This document shows positions 58,595-64,000 of a DNA stretch of 64,000 nucleotides, piece after piece. Location of the stretch: the NCBI GenBank assembly GCA_947478395.1, contig CANJVR010000001.1:256001-320000 (forward strand). Direction: 5' to 3'. The notes beneath the pieces are model-generated. The model did not search any database, had not been told where the DNA came from, and was given only the letters and a program-made list of their open reading frames with translations. The stretch's first letter is position 1. The number at the start of each line of letters is the position of its first letter. The stretch is from Opitutia bacterium (lineage in GTDB: Bacteria > Verrucomicrobiota > Verrucomicrobiia > Opitutales > Opitutaceae). Made by a program: the position numbers and the translations under genes.

Positions 58595-59839
58595 CTACAA
58601 ACCCGCTGACGCCGTCTCGACTGACACCCGGACTGTGGTCGACGCGCCCCAAGCAATCGTGCCCGTGGATTCGCGCGACGCGATGGGCGCATTCCACAAA
58701 CATTCCCGCGCCGTCAGCTTTCCCGTCGCGCCATCAAATACGACGACTTGATACGAGAGCTTATCTTCAGCCGGGCCGGAGAACTTGCCCTTCATCGGCG
58801 AATCCGCGCGGAACACCGGCAACGCGAGGTCTCCCTCCGGCCCTTTCCAGGTATAGAATTCGTTCCAGTTGGAATGGCCGTGGAAGTAGGCAACGATGTT
58901 GCGGTGGGCCTTCAGAAACGCGGCCAACGCCCGGTGTTCGATCGTGGGCGTGACGTCAGTCGTCGTGCCGTCGGCCAAGATATCCCCGACCACGTTTTCA
59001 AATTTATCGTTGCTCGTAATCGCGTGGGTGCCGTTCGGGTTAGTGAGGTGCTTGGCCTCGATCTCCGGCGGATCGTGGGCGAAAATGAAAACCGGCGTGG
59101 TCGCAGGGACCTTCGCGAGGTCCGCCTGCATCCAGGCGCGGGCGGCGCTGTCCGGCCAGATCGTGAGAAAAATAAAGTGCGCGCCGCCAAAATCGCGCGC
59201 GTAGAAAATTTTGTCGGTCGAGTAGCTGTAGCTGTCTTTCGTGCGCGGGGTCGCCGGGCGCATCATCCGATTGTAGATCTCGGCGAGCGAGGTCGCATCG
59301 GTCGCCGGCACCAGTTTGCTCGGGGAACCGATCGCGTTGGAAACGTCGTGGTTGCCCGGCACAAGCAGGAGCGGCGTCAGAGCGTCTTGGGCGTTCTTCA
59401 GCTTTAGGCCGTCGTAATATCCGGTCGCGAATTGCGCCCACGACGCCGTCGCGCTCTGAATTTGAACGGGATAAAGCTCCTGACGGTTCGCGAGGTCGCC
59501 GGTGATAACGACAAAATCGATCGGACCGACCGCCGCGCCCGCCTTCAATCCTCCGTCCGCCGGCAGCCGCACAGCGGGGAGCGCGTTCATCGTCTGAACC
59601 ATCGCCGCATTGACGACGCGGGACTCAACATTGGTCTCGCCCCGAAAATTGCCGCGCGTGATTCCGAAGTGAACATCCGAGGTGAAGATGAATGTCACCG
59701 GCTGAACCGGGTCCGCCGCGAAAACCATCGACTGGGTCGCGATGACGAGAACCGCCAGGAAGCCGCTGAAAAAAACGCGGGGGCTCCCAGCTTGACGATG
59801 GGCGCATGATAAACCGGGACGACGGATATCGATATTCAC
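58595..59839 (-). CDS. Secreted calcineurin-like metallophosphoesterase
   Basis: SDVH, TGD, PGNHD, FAH and FHGHSN motifs; start uncertain. Confidence 0.88.
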   Translation of the reverse strand: MNIDIRRPGLSCAHRQAGSPRVFFSGFLAVLVIATQSMVFAADPVQPVTFIFTSDVHFGITRGNFRGETNVESRVVNAAMVQTMNALPAVRLPADGGLKAGAAVGPIDFVVITGDLANRQELYPVQIQSATASWAQFATGYYDGLKLKNAQDALTPLLLVPGNHDVSNAIGSPSKLVPATDATSLAEIYNRMMRPATPRTKDSYSYSTDKIFYARDFGGAHFIFLTIWPDSAARAWMQADLAKVPATTPVFIFAHDPPEIEAKHLTNPNGTHAITSNDKFENVVGDILADGTTTDVTPTIEHRALAAFLKAHRNIVAYFHGHSNWNEFYTWKGPEGDLALPVFRADSPMKGKFSGPAEDKLSYQVVVFDGATGKLTARECLWNAPIASRESTGTIAWGASTTVRVSVETASAGL

Positions 59840-60092
59840 AAAAAAATCATCGACTTCCCGGGCCGCGGGACAAGCCCGGCGGTATTACGATCCGGTTAAG
59901 ATAACAGCCTGGAGCCCTGCCACTGCATTGTTTGCTAAGCCGCTGAAGACACCTAGGCGTGGGTTGATCGATGGAGGCGGCATGCTCTCACCCCGCTTGG
60001 GAGCGCGTTCGGTCCGGGTCTCAGAATGACAAGGGCGTGGAAACCGAGTTTAAAAACGTTTCCAGCCCAACGGCAGTCGACCCCAACGAAAT

Positions 60093-62597
60093 TTATTTCA
60101 CTCCGGCCAGCAAAGGGAAGCTCTTCGCTTTCGTGCTGCGCTGCACCAACTGCGAATCGACTCCGAGACGAGCCAACACGGGGCCCGCACGCTCCGCGGC
60201 GGCGTCAAACCACTCCATTACGTCGATGGCGCCCTTAGTCGGGACCAACGCCGAATCAGCGGGAGAAGAATCCAGCAAGAGTCCAGCGAGCAAGCCGAGC
60301 GACGCTTGACCGGCGACGAGAGTCGGCGCCGGCGCACAGGCCGCCATCGCATAGACCCCCTGCGCGCGCGACCAACGCTCCACGGCCGCTCCCAATGCGA
60401 AGCCAGAAGGCTTTCCACTTGCACCAATCCATGGGCCAAGGTCGGAGGCGTCCAAAATCAAAACTCGATTCAACGCCTTGGCGGTCCCCAACCACTCGGC
60501 AAGATCGTCGCCATCCAGCCCTCGCGTTCGAATATCGTTTTCCTGGCCGGCCGATCCCAGCCGCAGGTCCTCGGGCGCAAAATAGAAATGTTGGCCGATC
60601 ATCGTCCCACGACCGCAGACCAGCAACATGACGGTGTCTCCCGGTTGGCTAAGATTACCCACATCGAGCAGCGTCTCCTTCACCCGGGCTCGGGTCGCCT
60701 CATGCCCAAAAAGAGAAACGACATCCACTCGATCATAAAGCGCGCCGCGCCGCCGCTGAACGAAATCGGCCAACGCCCGGGCATCTCCTTCGGCCTGCTT
60801 AAAATTCAATTTCGCGTCCGCGTACTCACTCATGCCCACCGCGACCACAAACACGCGCCCTTTGCGATCCGCCCGGCGCGAGGAGCTGATTTCCGTTTCC
60901 GCCGGAAGCGACTCCCATGAACCGTCCTCGGACGCCGCGACCACCCGAATCTGATTGGTGCCGTTGCCCAGATTCAGGGGAAACGAATAACGCGAGGTCG
61001 ACCCCGTCCGGGTAATCTCGGGGTTAACCGGGATGCGCGCGCCGTTGTTGAAGATTTGTGGCGCCGCAACCCCGCCGCCCTGATCCACGGCCTCAACCAC
61101 CAAGGTGATTTGCGCTTCGGCCGTGGTGCGAATTTTGGGGGCGGTGATTTTCACCACCGGCGGCAGCTTCTTTCCCAGCTGCGTTGCGGCCATGGGACGC
61201 TCTCCGCGATAAATTTCAGCCAACAGTCCGGGGCGATAGAACTGCCCGAAAAATTGATCGGCAGACGCGCCGGGCAGATTGCTCGAGAAACGATAGCCGA
61301 TCATGCGGCGACCGGGCTCCGAACCATCGAAGAGACCGTCGGTCGCGACCACCGCCCACGTCTTTCCCCCGCGACTGCTCGCCAAGGAAACCAACTCCAC
61401 ACCGGTGGCCACGTCGAAGAGCCGCGCGGTGCCATCGCGCGACGAAGTCAGCAAAATGCGACCGTCCGGACTGAGCGCCACCGACTGAAGATCGGAGCCA
61501 TGGCCGGAGAATTCGCGCAGTAACTCGCGACTCGCGGTGCTCCACATCTTCGCGGTCGCATCCTTGCCGGCACTGAAGAAGCGGCTGCCATCCGGCGTGA
61601 AGGCGATGGCGTTGAGATCGAGATTAACCCGCCGCGTGGCTCCAAGCGCCTTGCCCGTCGCCACCTCCCACTCGTTGACGTTGTTGGCGAAGTTGGAAGC
61701 CGCCAGAATTTTGCCGTCGGGACTGAAGACGATGCCCGAAACCGTGTCCTGCGTGCGCAGCGAAAAAAGCCGCTCACCGCTGTCCGCGTTCCACAGGATG
61801 GCGTTCTTGTCCGTGGACCCCGTCGCGACGGTCCGTCCGTCCGGGCTGATTCCTACCGCGACCACTTCATCCGTATGACCAGCGAACGTACGAATCTGCG
61901 CGCCGGTAGCCGCATCCCAAAGGATGGCGGTTTTGTCCGTCGACCCCGTCACGACGCGCTTACCGTCCGGACTGAAGACCGCAGAATTCACTGCGGCGGT
62001 ATGACCTTTGAACCGGCGAATGAGGCGGCCCGATGCGACGTTCCACAACGCCGCCGTGGTATCCACCGAAGCCGTTAACAAGAATTCGCCGTTCGGGCTG
62101 AACGCGATGGACTGCACCGCTTGAAGATGGCCCGCAAAATTTCGCACCGGGCGCCCGGCCACCAGATCCCAAAGGACGATCGAATTGTCCTCTGACCCCG
62201 TCGCCAGCAGGCGGCCGTCGGGGCTGAACGTCGCCCAAAGAACCGCGATGACCGAGTCCATCAATATCGTCGTCGGCTTGTCGACGGGCACCAGATTGAA
62301 CGGGACGCGTACGCGCTGGCCGGGCGCGAGATCGACCGTGCGCTGCGCTTCGGTGGCATCAGAAAATTTCACGACGACCGCGACATGCTGCGTCTGGCTC
62401 GCATCGAACTGTTTGAATTCAAACGTCCGCCGGTCCGCCGCATCTTGACCATCAACGGTGGCCGTCGCTCCGGCCGGAAGGAGGAGCTCCATGACGGCAG
62501 GAAGTAGCAGCGATTGCTCTGCTGCCGGTTGCGCCCGACCAAGGTCCGGCAGCAAAACCGCCGCCAGGAGCCCTAACCCGAAAAAAATGCGTCGCAT
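60093..62597 (-). CDS. Secreted WD40-repeat protein with degenerate caspase (peptidase C14)-like C-terminal domain
   Basis: Signal peptide; repeated GH...FSPDG...TGS.D.TA.LWD units; VVAVGMSEY, DARAL, ATRARV and VLILDA motifs. Confidence 0.85.
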   Translation of the reverse strand: MRRIFFGLGLLAAVLLPDLGRAQPAAEQSLLLPAVMELLLPAGATATVDGQDAADRRTFEFKQFDASQTQHVAVVVKFSDATEAQRTVDLAPGQRVRVPFNLVPVDKPTTILMDSVIAVLWATFSPDGRLLATGSEDNSIVLWDLVAGRPVRNFAGHLQAVQSIAFSPNGEFLLTASVDTTAALWNVASGRLIRRFKGHTAAVNSAVFSPDGKRVVTGSTDKTAILWDAATGAQIRTFAGHTDEVVAVGISPDGRTVATGSTDKNAILWNADSGERLFSLRTQDTVSGIVFSPDGKILAASNFANNVNEWEVATGKALGATRRVNLDLNAIAFTPDGSRFFSAGKDATAKMWSTASRELLREFSGHGSDLQSVALSPDGRILLTSSRDGTARLFDVATGVELVSLASSRGGKTWAVVATDGLFDGSEPGRRMIGYRFSSNLPGASADQFFGQFYRPGLLAEIYRGERPMAATQLGKKLPPVVKITAPKIRTTAEAQITLVVEAVDQGGGVAAPQIFNNGARIPVNPEITRTGSTSRYSFPLNLGNGTNQIRVVAASEDGSWESLPAETEISSSRRADRKGRVFVVAVGMSEYADAKLNFKQAEGDARALADFVQRRRGALYDRVDVVSLFGHEATRARVKETLLDVGNLSQPGDTVMLLVCGRGTMIGQHFYFAPEDLRLGSAGQENDIRTRGLDGDDLAEWLGTAKALNRVLILDASDLGPWIGASGKPSGFALGAAVERWSRAQGVYAMAACAPAPTLVAGQASLGLLAGLLLDSSPADSALVPTKGAIDVMEWFDAAAERAGPVLARLGVDSQLVQRSTKAKSFPLLAGVK

Positions 62598-62663
62598 AGA
62601 GTGATCGTCGGCCAGGAAATCCGTAGGGCGTGAAATTTGGAGTTCGCTCAAGCGCGCCTGCGC

Positions 62664-63989
62664 TTACGTGAGCTGGCCCAGGAGTCCAGTGCTGTCGCCG
62701 ATGCGTTCGGAGGGAGTGCCAAAGCGGTCCAACATCGACATCCAAAGATTATTCAACGGCGTGTTCTCGGCGTAGCGGACATAGCGGCCGGACTTGATCG
62801 CACCGCCCCCACGGCCCGCCAAAATAACGGGCAACTCTTCGTGCGCATGCCGATTCGGGTCTGCAATCGCGCTACCAAAAACAATCATGCTGTTATCGAG
62901 CAGCGTGCCTTCGCCCTCCTTCACCGATTTCATCTTTTTGACCAGGTAGGCGAACTGCTGCATTTGATAGATACTGATCGCCTTCAGCTTCTCCAAATTC
63001 TCGGGTTTGTTCTGGTGATGGGAGATCGTGTGGTGACCTTCGTTCACGCCGACCATGCGATATTTTTGCTCACTGCCTTCGCGCCCGAGCATCAAAGTGG
63101 AGATGCGGGTAACATCAGTTTGAAACGCGAGCACCATGATATCGGCCATCAGCCGAATGTGCTCGGTCAGGTCGGCCGGCACACCGGCCGGACGCGACAC
63201 ATCGTCGGGCAACGTCAGCGGCGACAGCGTCTCCGCGCGCGTGATCTGCTGCTCCAGCTCGCGCACGCTCGTCAGGTATTGGTCGAGTTTGTGACGGTCG
63301 TTACCACCCAACGTACGATTGAGGTCGCGCGCATCGGCCATCACCGAGTCGAGGACACTCGCGCGCAGTTTGTTGCGCGCAATGGTTTCGGGGTCGTTGG
63401 CTTTTTCGGCAAACAGCCGATCGAAAATGATCTTCGGGTTTACTTCGGTCGGCAGCGGCGTGGTGGCGTCGCGCCAGGAAAGCGTGTGTTCGTAGACGCA
63501 GGCGTAGCCGCTATCGCAATTTCCGCTGCCGCGATAACCCTCGATCGCCATTTCCAAAGAGGGAAAACGCGTTTTCTGGCCGACGTGCGCCGCGGCGTAT
63601 TGATCCACGGAGATTCCGGCTTCGATATTCAGGCCGGCGGTTTTCTTCGGCTGGGCACCCGTCAAATAGGCCCCACCCGCGCGAGCGTGGTCGCCGCCGC
63701 CATCGCCGTTGGCCCGGGCCTTGTCGCACGCGAGGCCACCGAGCACGAGCATGTCCTTGCGATGCTCGGCCATGGGCTTGAGGCAATCGCTCAGCTCGTA
63801 GTTAGCGCCGGCGTCGCCCTTCGGCATCCAGTAAGGCATGTACGCGCCCTGCGGAATATAAACCCACGCCATGCGCACCGGCGGCGTGGCCGCGGCCGTG
63901 GCGGCCCGCAAGGGCCGGGGCACAAGTGATTCCAAAAACGGCAGAGCCATCAACGTCCCGGCGCCCCGCAGAAAAGTGCGGCGCGGCAT
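62664..63989 (-). CDS. DUF1552 family protein (second paralog; start may lie beyond the window edge)
   Basis: RRTFLRGAG, GDHAR, SVDQ, CDSGYACVY..TLSW, HHTISHH and TLLDNS motifs; frame open to 64000. Confidence 0.92.
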   Translation of the reverse strand: MPRRTFLRGAGTLMALPFLESLVPRPLRAATAAATPPVRMAWVYIPQGAYMPYWMPKGDAGANYELSDCLKPMAEHRKDMLVLGGLACDKARANGDGGGDHARAGGAYLTGAQPKKTAGLNIEAGISVDQYAAAHVGQKTRFPSLEMAIEGYRGSGNCDSGYACVYEHTLSWRDATTPLPTEVNPKIIFDRLFAEKANDPETIARNKLRASVLDSVMADARDLNRTLGGNDRHKLDQYLTSVRELEQQITRAETLSPLTLPDDVSRPAGVPADLTEHIRLMADIMVLAFQTDVTRISTLMLGREGSEQKYRMVGVNEGHHTISHHQNKPENLEKLKAISIYQMQQFAYLVKKMKSVKEGEGTLLDNSMIVFGSAIADPNRHAHEELPVILAGRGGGAIKSGRYVRYAENTPLNNLWMSMLDRFGTPSERIGDSTGLLGQLT

Positions 63990-64000
63990 GTGCAGTGTTT

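Noticed and set aside
59880..59960. Cobalamin riboswitch (GCCACTG seen)
   Set aside because: Isolated 7-mer on the strand opposite the neighbouring gene; other B12-box elements absent
62637..63929. 430-aa plus-strand ORF
   Set aside because: Antisense shadow of the DUF1552 gene

Overview
High-GC bacterial chromosomal window with about 57 intact genes. It most resembles Opitutaceae (Verrucomicrobiota); this is an inference from gene content, DUF1592/DUF1552 modules and starts that mostly lack a Shine-Dalgarno sequence. No rRNA, tRNA, CRISPR array, integrase, transposase or reverse transcriptase was seen. Housekeeping genes: heptose kinase, gmhB, Fpg-like glycosylase, tlyA, htpG, queF, rny, rodA, RNase E/G, dgkA, LptF/G, a livKHMGF operon and a DEAD-box helicase. 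Plant-polysaccharide genes: two CE12-like esterases, a PL10 pectate lyase, a GH106-like hydrolase, xylA and an ARA1-like kinase with a nucleotidyltransferase. The right end is accessory, with two DUF1552 loci, a DUF1592 cytochrome, an ankyrin protein and a WD40 protein with a catalytically dead caspase domain. Two clear pseudogene fragments (OMPLA/pldA and an ABC permease) are only partly captured by the ORF track. The most distinctive signal is non-coding. A four-helix-bundle (23S rRNA IVP-family) gene sits inside the liv operon between inverted arrays of 7-bp repeats, and ORF-less inverted 7-, 9- and 10-bp arrays occupy several other gene junctions. This suggests an IVS-like mobile cassette family with empty derivatives. 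Two REP families and a repeated 24-bp palindrome are also present. All family calls come from motif recognition by eye, not database searches.
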